DNA of 63,850 nt, filler included. It is 4 parts of 4 records of this genome, joined end to end, with 100 filler letters (N's around TTAATTAATTAA, not from the genome) between each part and the next. Parts side by side here need not be neighbours in the genome. Positions count along the whole stretch, not along the records: positions 14,939 to 43,143 come from SRR20825006_1687; 3 more parts are not named here. One strand, written 5' to 3'. This document shows positions 26,648-34,866 of this stretch, piece by piece (the stretch's first letter is position 1; each line of letters begins with the position of its first letter). The notes beneath the pieces were generated by a model. That model made no database searches. It saw only the letters and a list, made by a program, of their open reading frames with translations, and was not told the DNA's origin. The position numbers and the translations under genes are program-made.

Positions 26648-28972
26648 CTACTCGAAATTGTTGCAGATGGTTCCTGTATGTGACACCACAGCGTCGGCTT
26701 CTAACCCTCTTGAGTCTCGCACTACGAACTCGGATGGCCACTCATAAACATTCAACTCACAAACTGGACTCGTTATCTGGATAACTCCCGGCTCTATTGT
26801 TTTTGCACTGCTATAACCCGCCAGTTGATATGTCGTATATTCATTCCAGTTTTCTATTGTGAAAGTAATCGTTGTTCTAGCAAGCCAATCATCAGGATAA
26901 CTACTAAGTATTTCCTGGCTGACTTTACTGGAAACCTCCGGTGGCTCTGGATAAAAGCCAACAACTGTTTCTGAATCTCCAACCAAGCCTGCGTTGTCAC
27001 GAGCGATTACACGGAGAGCATATTGTCCGTTCGATTCGTTGCTAACAGGAATCTGAGCCAATGCATACCCGCTGGAATCTACAGAAAGTTCTTTGTACAC
27101 CTCCCCATTGATTAAGAGGTTCACACTATCAAGACCAATATTTTCATCCACTCTGACTCTTAACGTGAAGTCGTTCGTGAATGCTGATCCAGAGCCAACG
27201 TTTAGAAACTCAACAACTGGCTGAGTGTTATCAAACAAAAGGGCTTTTGTCAGAGTAACTGTATTCCCGGCAGCATCTACAACCTCCAGAACAGCGGCCT
27301 TGCCCCCTTCCTGGTAGTCTCTCGTATCGAACTGGTATTCAATTGGGAAAGTCGAAAACTCTTTTATTGGATCGCCGTCGATGAACAAAGATGCCATCGA
27401 AAGCTTCTCGTTATCCTCAGCATCTACATTTAATGTGAATGTATTGGCAATCGACATGCCAGACTCAAAGTTCCATGTTGCCGTCGGATCTGTGTTGTCG
27501 ACAACAAAGCTTACGGCTTCTGTGGCGACGGTCCCTACACTGTTCGTCGCTTCAACGGTAAGCGTATGGACGCCTTCTTCCAGAAGGTCGATTCTGAACT
27601 CTCTGGAGGGTGAAGTGACATTATCGATTTCGTAGATTGCAGCGTTGTCCAAAATAAACCTGACAGACTTCAGCCCAATCGGATCTGCAACCTTCGCTGA
27701 AAAGGTTTGCAACCCCGTAAGAATGCTTTGATCTTTTGGAAAAACGTCAGAAATAGTCGTGCCGGCGTTGGATACGACCAAGCTCATCGTTTTTGTTGTT
27801 TCACCGCCTGTGATGTTTTTGGTGTAGAGCTCGAACTCATGTACGCCCTCAGACAGCGCGGAGGTATCAACTGTAAATGTAGGTGAAGGGTCGGCCCCTA
27901 GAAACTCATGCAACGTTCCATCGATGTACAGAGAAACCTCTTCAAGCCCAACGGTATCGGTCACATCAGCTGAAATCTCAACGACACCGGCGATAACGTC
28001 ATCATTTGAATGGCTGAAATTCGCTACGGTAGGGGCGAACGCCTCCAGCGGCACAATCTCTGCACCCGCGAACAACGCCGCATTAGATTGATTGTACTGC
28101 ACGGCCATGGGGAGAATGTCAGTTGGCGTTAGGCCGGTGACATTTACTTCAGAGTTGGCCATAACCAGCATGTTTCGCGCAATATCGCCACGGTAAACCT
28201 CTGGGGTCAGCTGAACCGTCCCCTGGGCGATAATCCGGCCCTGATCTTTGCCATCTAACTGCCCGTCTGACGATATGTCTTGGTAGGCCGCTGCGGCGAA
28301 CTTTATGGAGTTGTATGTTTCGTGAATGTCGTTTTCATCACCATTCTGCAAAGAGATCCACTTGGTAAGCTGAGATATTGATGCGGTCGCAAAACCGTAT
28401 AGGTGCTGATCCGTTACAACAGGCGTCGCGCTGGATTTTTTATTGATCTCCAAAGGGGTGACCCCACGAATATCAATGCCGATCATATCGCTGACTGTAT
28501 CATTGGCCCTAGCGATGGCCTCATTGACCGAAACGCCTGTACCAGCCATGTGTTTGGCCAGGCCAGTTGCGATCGTCGTGTAGAAAGTCAGTGATGTGCT
28601 GATCGAATCGCCCTGCTTGTAATTCTTCAGGGCGTAAAGAAAGTCTCCACCTCGGAGAGCAATACTTTTACCACTCGCCTCTTCCTGGTACCGGCCACCA
28701 GTCACCTCAATCAGAACCGGCTGGCTAGGCACCTGGTCCAGATCCACAGAATATTCGCCGGCACCATCCGTGGTGCCCTGCCCCAACAACTTCCCTTTAC
28801 TGCCGTTCCAGGCAAACACCTTCACATCACCATTCAGGATCAGACCATCGAACGCCGTTCCTGAGACTGACCCGCTGGGCCTTGCCTCCGGCACACTACT
28901 GCTGCCCCCATCGCCGCCACCACAGCCAGCAAGAATCATTGATACTGCAAAAACACTGATTAACTTCTTCAT
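26648..28972 (-). CDS. Lipoprotein with four Ig-like repeats and an extra Cys-pair C-terminal domain; paralog of 24604..26613
   Basis: Lipobox LAGC; co-linear N-terminal domain ('G.Y.E...G..I', 'YGF....SQ', 'AY.D...DG.LDGK') and Ig repeats. Confidence 0.87.
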   Translation of the reverse strand: MKKLISVFAVSMILAGCGGGDGGSSSVPEARPSGSVSGTAFDGLILNGDVKVFAWNGSKGKLLGQGTTDGAGEYSVDLDQVPSQPVLIEVTGGRYQEEASGKSIALRGGDFLYALKNYKQGDSISTSLTFYTTIATGLAKHMAGTGVSVNEAIARANDTVSDMIGIDIRGVTPLEINKKSSATPVVTDQHLYGFATASISQLTKWISLQNGDENDIHETYNSIKFAAAAYQDISSDGQLDGKDQGRIIAQGTVQLTPEVYRGDIARNMLVMANSEVNVTGLTPTDILPMAVQYNQSNAALFAGAEIVPLEAFAPTVANFSHSNDDVIAGVVEISADVTDTVGLEEVSLYIDGTLHEFLGADPSPTFTVDTSALSEGVHEFELYTKNITGGETTKTMSLVVSNAGTTISDVFPKDQSILTGLQTFSAKVADPIGLKSVRFILDNAAIYEIDNVTSPSREFRIDLLEEGVHTLTVEATNSVGTVATEAVSFVVDNTDPTATWNFESGMSIANTFTLNVDAEDNEKLSMASLFIDGDPIKEFSTFPIEYQFDTRDYQEGGKAAVLEVVDAAGNTVTLTKALLFDNTQPVVEFLNVGSGSAFTNDFTLRVRVDENIGLDSVNLLINGEVYKELSVDSSGYALAQIPVSNESNGQYALRVIARDNAGLVGDSETVVGFYPEPPEVSSKVSQEILSSYPDDWLARTTITFTIENWNEYTTYQLAGYSSAKTIEPGVIQITSPVCELNVYEWPSEFVVRDSRGLEADAVVSHTGTICNNFE

Positions 28973-29005
28973 CCTGATCTCCCTTTTCCCTGTGTTGCCC
29001 GATTA

Positions 29006-29599
29006 TCAGAATTGATACCGGACACCGCCTGCAACGCCATAACCTTCCAATCCCTCAGAGAAAGGCACTTCATAACGCGCTTCTGCTGCCAGATACCACT
29101 GGCGTGTAATTTCAAACTCAAGCCCTGCAGATACAACACCGGCAAGACTCGTTTCTTCTCGGTCATCAAACCGCTCAATCAAAAAGCCATCGCCATCAGT
29201 TCGAAAGCGATCAGTGGTTTCCAAGATAGAGGACACCACACCACCGCCGACCCACGGCCGGAAATTTCTGGCAATGCGGAACTGGTGCTGAAACATGCTT
29301 GAGAATTGATAGCCTTCCACTGTGACGCCAATACCGCCGTTCCCGGCAGAAATGTCGAAATCGACATACCGAAGATCCGTAACGATCCGGTTAATTCGAT
29401 TGATATTGAAAGTGGCGCTCAGTGTCAGAGGGTAAACAGCCAGTTCACGATCAGTGTCGCCTTCAGGCTCCTGAGACACGTAATTCATTGCGGCAGGCAT
29501 AACGCCAATAGTGGTGTCCACGTCCCATAGCTCAGCCTGTGCAGGCGAAGCTATAGCGGCAATCGCGAACGCGATCCCCGGCATAAGCATCCTTTTCAT
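29006..29599 (-). CDS. Small outer-membrane beta-barrel protein (8-strand OmpA/OmpW-like)
   Basis: Signal peptide (AQA), amphipathic strands, 'RPWVGGG', 'AGLEFEI', C-terminal BAM signal GVRYQF. Confidence 0.85.
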   Translation of the reverse strand: MKRMLMPGIAFAIAAIASPAQAELWDVDTTIGVMPAAMNYVSQEPEGDTDRELAVYPLTLSATFNINRINRIVTDLRYVDFDISAGNGGIGVTVEGYQFSSMFQHQFRIARNFRPWVGGGVVSSILETTDRFRTDGDGFLIERFDDREETSLAGVVSAGLEFEITRQWYLAAEARYEVPFSEGLEGYGVAGGVRYQF

Positions 29600-30115
29600 T
29601 TACTGCTCCTTTTTGTCTTCCAGGTAATCCGTGTACGACTGAATTTCCATTTGTTCAACGCCCTGGGCGACGTATTCCGGCAAGGTGACGGTAATGGTTC
29701 GCCACCCTTCCGGAACAGCCAGGCGCCGAATCTTGGCGGTCAGTTTTTTAAGAGTGGATGGCGTTAATCCGGCTTCCTTCGCAAGTTGAACGGTAGACTC
29801 ACCCTCAACTAGCACTCGGCGCGCCAATTCAATATTCTTGGGTTTCACTCGGTGGGTACGCGAAATCGCAAGGTCAAAATGCGATTGCGTCATTAAGTTG
29901 GTTTCACGGACAGAGCCTGCAACGGCTCTCACAGCCCGCCGAATCATTTCTTCTGTAACATCGGCTTGTGTTGCAGCATCACTGACCGAAAGGCCGTCAA
30001 CCAGAACGCTGCGCGCCCTTGATCGCTGCAATGATTGGATGCCACTTTTTTCAGCCAAAAGCTCAAACGTTGCGGGGGGTATCTTCTTAGCCAAGTCGAG
30101 AATTTCCATATCCAT
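29600..30115 (-). CDS. TrfB/KorA-family repressor with a duplicated HTH domain
   Basis: 'ARSVLVDG' and 'ARRVLVEG' repeats; C-terminal 'PEGWRTITVTLPE' matches the IncP KorA dimerisation motif (LPEGYARVTAVLPE). Confidence 0.8.
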   Translation of the reverse strand: MDMEILDLAKKIPPATFELLAEKSGIQSLQRSRARSVLVDGLSVSDAATQADVTEEMIRRAVRAVAGSVRETNLMTQSHFDLAISRTHRVKPKNIELARRVLVEGESTVQLAKEAGLTPSTLKKLTAKIRRLAVPEGWRTITVTLPEYVAQGVEQMEIQSYTDYLEDKKEQ

Positions 30116-30223
30116 CTAAAACGCTCCATGTTATCACTTCGTCTGGCTGTGATTCGTCCTGAATCATCACAACAAATGCTACCTGAAAACTACCCCCTTT
30201 AATACCCCTCCAATAAGGTAAAA

Positions 30224-31294
30224 TCAAAACGTCGTCTCAATTTGCACAGTCGCTGCCTGCGGAGACGCGATAACAACATAAGCTGGACGCCCCTGTTCTG
30301 CACGGTCCTCTGACTGTTTCTCTTTCAGTAACTGCTTTAAGGTCGCCTCTGTGGCTGCGCCGGTAGCGCCGGTCGTGGGCGCAGCGCCAAGCAATTCTTG
30401 ACCAAGTGTGTTTAATCCTTCTGAGCTGGCACGCGCAAGCGTTTTGCCATCACTGATAACGCGACCTGCCAGCCCTGGTTCCCGTTTCGCATCAAACACT
30501 ACACCCTGAACACTGAACTCATCGCCATTCGGGGTGACCCCCTGGGATACGTTGAGAAATAGTCGCTCTGATCCAAGAACTGCCGATGACCGCGCAAACA
30601 GTGTTGAACCACGAGGCAAATCATCTTTCCTGCCACGAACGGTTTCCTCTACCGTGAGCTTAATCAGGCCAGGCTGAATGTTGGAAGCACTATTATCCAG
30701 GCTGACTGTTATTTCGGTACCCAGCGAGATCCCAAAGGTCACGCGGTTGCGATCGGACCGTTCAACCCGCGCCTGGTTTCGTTGCCCTCGGCCACCCGCA
30801 CTGCGCAGAGACGGTGATATATAGCGCGTGGTTGTTGAGCGCTGTTGTTTGTCTGCCGATGGTGCCACTGAAACCTGCGGCTGAACGTCAGGCTTTGATA
30901 CCTCGGGTTTTCGCTCAGGCTCTGCCGCGGGCTGTGGCTTTTCCTTTGGTTCGGATGCGGCCCCTACTGCTGCTCCGCTCACTTCGGGCGAACCCTCCGG
31001 GCTGCTGCCATCCCTCGCGGAGCCTTCACCCTGATCTTCGCTAGAGGCTTCCGCTTTATTGGTCGCCCCTGCTGGTGGTGGTGGAATCCGGCCCTCCGGC
31101 ACCGAGGTGTCACTGTCAGCAGGCACCAAAGTGTGCAGCTTATCGTGACCAATCAGGCGTTTGCTGTAATCTAGTCGCTCTTGTCCTGCCCCTATTGCCT
31201 TCTGATATTCCTCATAGCTAAGCGTTTCATCGGCACCGACTGAAGTCGAAAAGGCTAAGACAAGAACAATTCCAACAAGCCGAATGTTCACCAT
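30224..31294 (-). CDS. VirB10/TrbI-like T4SS core protein
   Basis: Pro/Ala/Ser-rich linker, then a beta domain 'ISLGTEITVSL...LPRGSTL...ERLFL...G.FD...PGLAG'; last gene of the T4SS operon. Confidence 0.7.
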   Translation of the reverse strand: MVNIRLVGIVLVLAFSTSVGADETLSYEEYQKAIGAGQERLDYSKRLIGHDKLHTLVPADSDTSVPEGRIPPPPAGATNKAEASSEDQGEGSARDGSSPEGSPEVSGAAVGAASEPKEKPQPAAEPERKPEVSKPDVQPQVSVAPSADKQQRSTTTRYISPSLRSAGGRGQRNQARVERSDRNRVTFGISLGTEITVSLDNSASNIQPGLIKLTVEETVRGRKDDLPRGSTLFARSSAVLGSERLFLNVSQGVTPNGDEFSVQGVVFDAKREPGLAGRVISDGKTLARASSEGLNTLGQELLGAAPTTGATGAATEATLKQLLKEKQSEDRAEQGRPAYVVIASPQAATVQIETTF

Positions 31295-32196
31295 GTGACC
31301 TCCACAACGCCCCGGTCTGTCAGGAGTCGCATATAGCCACCTGTTTCAGGGATGTTTTCTGTGGTTGTAAAGGTCATCTCTACCACCGAATCCATGGATA
31401 GCTTTGGTTCAATATCTGTATGGCCGTTCAATGAAGCTTTCTGACCATTTTTGAGCCTGCCGACCTCCACGTCCTCGATGTAAAGCGGGCTTACCTGGCT
31501 GTCATTACTGACTTCGGCCAAGATAATGGAGAACTCCCCCCACCCCTGTATTTCCTCGATATACAACTCAACTTCATCGCCATTTGACAGCTCCAGGGTG
31601 TTGTACTCATGAACCCCCGTGTCTGAAGGATTACCCTTGGAAAGCGAGGCCACCAACTCAAGAGCTTTATTGGCCGCCTGCTCATCAAGTTCGGCAAACT
31701 TTTCCTGATATTGTGCGTCCAGCGCGGCCAGGTACTCTTTCTTCTCACCTTCACGAATCTTCTTGATTTGCTCATCCGAGAAATCAAAAACCACATTACT
31801 GCAATGATTCTTCAGGTTGGGGTCTGCTTTCAGCGTGATTGAAAAAATATAGTCGCCAGTTGTCACGGTGAAGTCAGCCAACTCTCCCCACTGATCACTG
31901 AAATTGCTGAAGTAGATCGGAACCAACGCGGTACCAGCAGCTTCCCTGAAATCCCAAACCAGGTCCGAACTCAGAGAATAACTGGTAGACGCCTCGTTCA
32001 ATTCAAACGGGAAAATCAGGTTTACGCCCCGAAACGGTGTCATCGGCACTACCAGGCGAGTGATGTCCTGGACCTCCACATGCCTCTCGCAAGGCATAAC
32101 CACCGAATCCGGAAGTACGTTATCCTCATAAGCTCCCGCGCTCATGCTTACACTCGCTGTCAGCACACCGGCTAGAAATACTCTACTGTCCTTCAT
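31288..32196 (-). CDS. Secreted T4SS core component, VirB9-like by position
   Basis: Signal peptide, two beta domains joined by a helix; lies between the VirB8-like and VirB10-like genes. Confidence 0.5.
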   Translation of the reverse strand: MKDSRVFLAGVLTASVSMSAGAYEDNVLPDSVVMPCERHVEVQDITRLVVPMTPFRGVNLIFPFELNEASTSYSLSSDLVWDFREAAGTALVPIYFSNFSDQWGELADFTVTTGDYIFSITLKADPNLKNHCSNVVFDFSDEQIKKIREGEKKEYLAALDAQYQEKFAELDEQAANKALELVASLSKGNPSDTGVHEYNTLELSNGDEVELYIEEIQGWGEFSIILAEVSNDSQVSPLYIEDVEVGRLKNGQKASLNGHTDIEPKLSMDSVVEMTFTTTENIPETGGYMRLLTDRGVVEVTW

Positions 32197-32795
32197 CGTT
32201 CTGATCCCTCAATAAATGGGTTGTCTGCCACATCCGTCCACGACAGAACCCCGACGCCATCCGTGTTGTCGTCCGACTTCTCGACAGGCACCAGCTCAAG
32301 AACAATATTGAGCGGGTATGATTTTTCCTGATTAATAATGAGCTGCGCCGCGTATTCCACACGCGCCACTCCCTTTTCCTGACCAATCAGTTCTGCACTG
32401 GATCTATCCCATCGCACGACTGAAGCAACATTTTGATTACGCACCTGGCGCACCAGGTCAGTTCGGGTCAGGTACTCCAACCGCTCCTTACGGAGTTCAG
32501 GCGTGGCCATCATTGAAATGGCTTTGAACTGATCGTGATTGATCGTCGCTGCGTTCAACGAGTAAAAAGCATCGATAAACCGCTTTCCGCCGTTAATCAA
32601 TTCAGCCTCGGATCGGTAAATGGTGTCAGATTGCTGACTCGCCTGGCTCTCCATCCGAAGTATCAGAGCCACCAAGCCAAGAACCACGAAAAACAGCAGA
32701 ATCAGTAAGGCTTTCACGAACCATTCTCTGTATTTCTGACGCTGTGCCAGCTTCCCTGGCACAGCGCGTCTGACAAGCTGCACTTCCTCAGTCAT
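32193..32795 (-). CDS. VirB8-like bitopic protein
   Basis: One TM helix, then an NTF2-like alpha/beta domain ending 'N.DG.GV..W'. Confidence 0.6.
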   Translation of the reverse strand: MTEEVQLVRRAVPGKLAQRQKYREWFVKALLILLFFVVLGLVALILRMESQASQQSDTIYRSEAELINGGKRFIDAFYSLNAATINHDQFKAISMMATPELRKERLEYLTRTDLVRQVRNQNVASVVRWDRSSAELIGQEKGVARVEYAAQLIINQEKSYPLNIVLELVPVEKSDDNTDGVGVLSWTDVADNPFIEGSER

Positions 32796-34183
32796 GACCG
32801 CCCTCCTGGACTATCGGGCGGAGGGTTGCCCGGTGGCGCACTGGATAGGTCGTTGCGATTATTGTCAGCATTAGAAGCGTCGGGTGACTCACCAGCTTGA
32901 GACGCCTGGTGAAAATCCGACATCGACTGCGCAACATCAGGGGCCGACCGCTCGCCTGAAGCGGGCTCCGCCCCTGGACTGCCAGCACTCCCGGAGCTAC
33001 CACCGCTTGCAGAAGAGGCACCGGATGCTGTGAAGCCGGAATTGTCATTTCCAGTGCCATCGCTGCCAGCTGAACCACCGCCGGGGATTTGCGACGACAA
33101 GTCGTTGCTGCCACCCCCACCGAACAGCTGGCTAATCGGAGTATGAAGAACATCACCAATGCCCTGGGCCATTCGATCCCGGGTACGGGTGCCTTCGGCT
33201 GACGGCATCATTCCCGGGCGGCCTCCTTCAGGCTGGCCACTCGGATCATTGTTCGAACCATGATCCGCAAGCTTGCGAATCACCTGGTTCGCCACCATGG
33301 CCCCGACCGCCGCCGGACCGGCACCCAGCGCACCGACCATCGAATCATTCCGAGCCAGATACAGCGCCAAAAACGGCGAAATAATTCGGATCAGCAAAAC
33401 CAGGAACATCAACACGCAACTGAAAACGTACCAGATGGTAATTGCCGTCGTTCCTATATCATTGCCAGAATAAGTCGCGGCAAAATACTCCACCGCTCCT
33501 CGGCTCAATAGCCAGACGAAGAAGAGCAAAATAGGCTCCAGGATGACCCAGATTGCCAGCGTCAGAATGGTTTTGGAGAGACCGGGCATTAGATTGAATT
33601 CGTCTTTCATGGCGCGGGTTGGAATGGCGATAAAGCCCCATGCATAGGTCAGCGCAACGCCAATCGCGAACATCACATCAATCAGCCGCGCCAGCGCTAT
33701 ATACGCCACACTGAGGAATTGCCAGATCAGCCACATCAAACCCGCTAAAGGGGCATTGGCCACATCAACCATTCCCATGACCACACGTTCATACCAAGCT
33801 TTCTGTGCCTCTGGATCTGCCATGAGAATTTCACGCATTTCCAGCATTTCCCGGTTGATCAACCGGGTTGAGCCGAAGTTATTAAACAAGTCAGCCAGCA
33901 CAAAGATCAGAGCGAATATCAACAGGCCACCCCCGGAATACGCAATGATCATCAGAAGCGTCTTACTGGCATCCCCCATTGCCTCAGCCAACGCCGCTTT
34001 TCCAGATAGTCCCGCGCTGGCTTCTTGAGCAAGTCGGATCGCCCCGAACAAAACGATCAGCCACGGGATGATCGCTCCAACCGTGGCCACGTAGGTCATA
34101 TTCTCGTAGACAATTGCCGGATCTAGGGTCCGCACAATCATGTCGGTCAAAACGTTGTTATCGCCGAAATCATCACCGTTCAT
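32792..34183 (-). CDS. VirB6/TrbL-like polytopic membrane protein with Gly/Ser-rich tail
   Basis: Several TM helices and a low-complexity C-terminus; ATG 34183 overlaps the upstream stop. Confidence 0.65.
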   Translation of the reverse strand: MNGDDFGDNNVLTDMIVRTLDPAIVYENMTYVATVGAIIPWLIVLFGAIRLAQEASAGLSGKAALAEAMGDASKTLLMIIAYSGGGLLIFALIFVLADLFNNFGSTRLINREMLEMREILMADPEAQKAWYERVVMGMVDVANAPLAGLMWLIWQFLSVAYIALARLIDVMFAIGVALTYAWGFIAIPTRAMKDEFNLMPGLSKTILTLAIWVILEPILLFFVWLLSRGAVEYFAATYSGNDIGTTAITIWYVFSCVLMFLVLLIRIISPFLALYLARNDSMVGALGAGPAAVGAMVANQVIRKLADHGSNNDPSGQPEGGRPGMMPSAEGTRTRDRMAQGIGDVLHTPISQLFGGGGSNDLSSQIPGGGSAGSDGTGNDNSGFTASGASSASGGSSGSAGSPGAEPASGERSAPDVAQSMSDFHQASQAGESPDASNADNNRNDLSSAPPGNPPPDSPGGRS

Positions 34184-34866
34184 CAGAGATCCCCTGACAG
34201 ATGACGCATAAAGCTGTTTTCCCATTCCAGGCGATTCATCGCCGCCTGGTGGGCTGCAGCTTTTTCAGCCAAACGTTCTGCGCGTTGCTCCAGCATGATC
34301 GAGGTCATCATGGCGGTTGAGGAGGCTGTTTGACGCTGAAGGTCTTTGCTGGTTGCCGACTCGGTAGAAAGTGCCTGCTGCCGGTAAAACTCCTGGAGCT
34401 GGTCCAGCTGGCCAAGTTCACTAAAATCGCGCAGCGAAATATCCCGAACGGTTTCTTTGACCGCTTTCGGAGCGTCTGACTGCTCAAAGCGCTTATCAAT
34501 CTCATCGCTCAAAAGATACCAGCGCTGCTGCCAGTTCTGGTCTTCCAGGTCATTCAGATTAGTCATCCCGTCAGCCCATCCAACGAGACTGTTTATTTCA
34601 CGTTGAGGATCGAAGCTTTTTACGAAACGATATTCATCCCGCACGGCGTTCAGGTACTCGCGGGCCTTGAAAGCCTGATCGCTGGCGACCTTTACTTCTT
34701 CCAGCTGCTCCTTCAATGCTTCCAGCTGCTCTTTGAGCGCGGCATACATCTGAGACAACACCTGAGTGTCTGCGGGCGAAATGCCACCAATGGCATAGCT
34801 AGGACTGGAAATAAACAGCGCAATGACCGCAACCATCCAGGGTTTAAATAAGAGATTCCTTCTCAC
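34183..34866 (-). CDS. VirB5/TrbJ-like secreted helical protein
   Basis: Signal peptide, coiled coil 'LKEQLEALKEQLEEVK'; position between virB4 and the virB6-like gene. Confidence 0.6.
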   Translation of the reverse strand: MRRNLLFKPWMVAVIALFISSPSYAIGGISPADTQVLSQMYAALKEQLEALKEQLEEVKVASDQAFKAREYLNAVRDEYRFVKSFDPQREINSLVGWADGMTNLNDLEDQNWQQRWYLLSDEIDKRFEQSDAPKAVKETVRDISLRDFSELGQLDQLQEFYRQQALSTESATSKDLQRQTASSTAMMTSIMLEQRAERLAEKAAAHQAAMNRLEWENSFMRHLSGDL

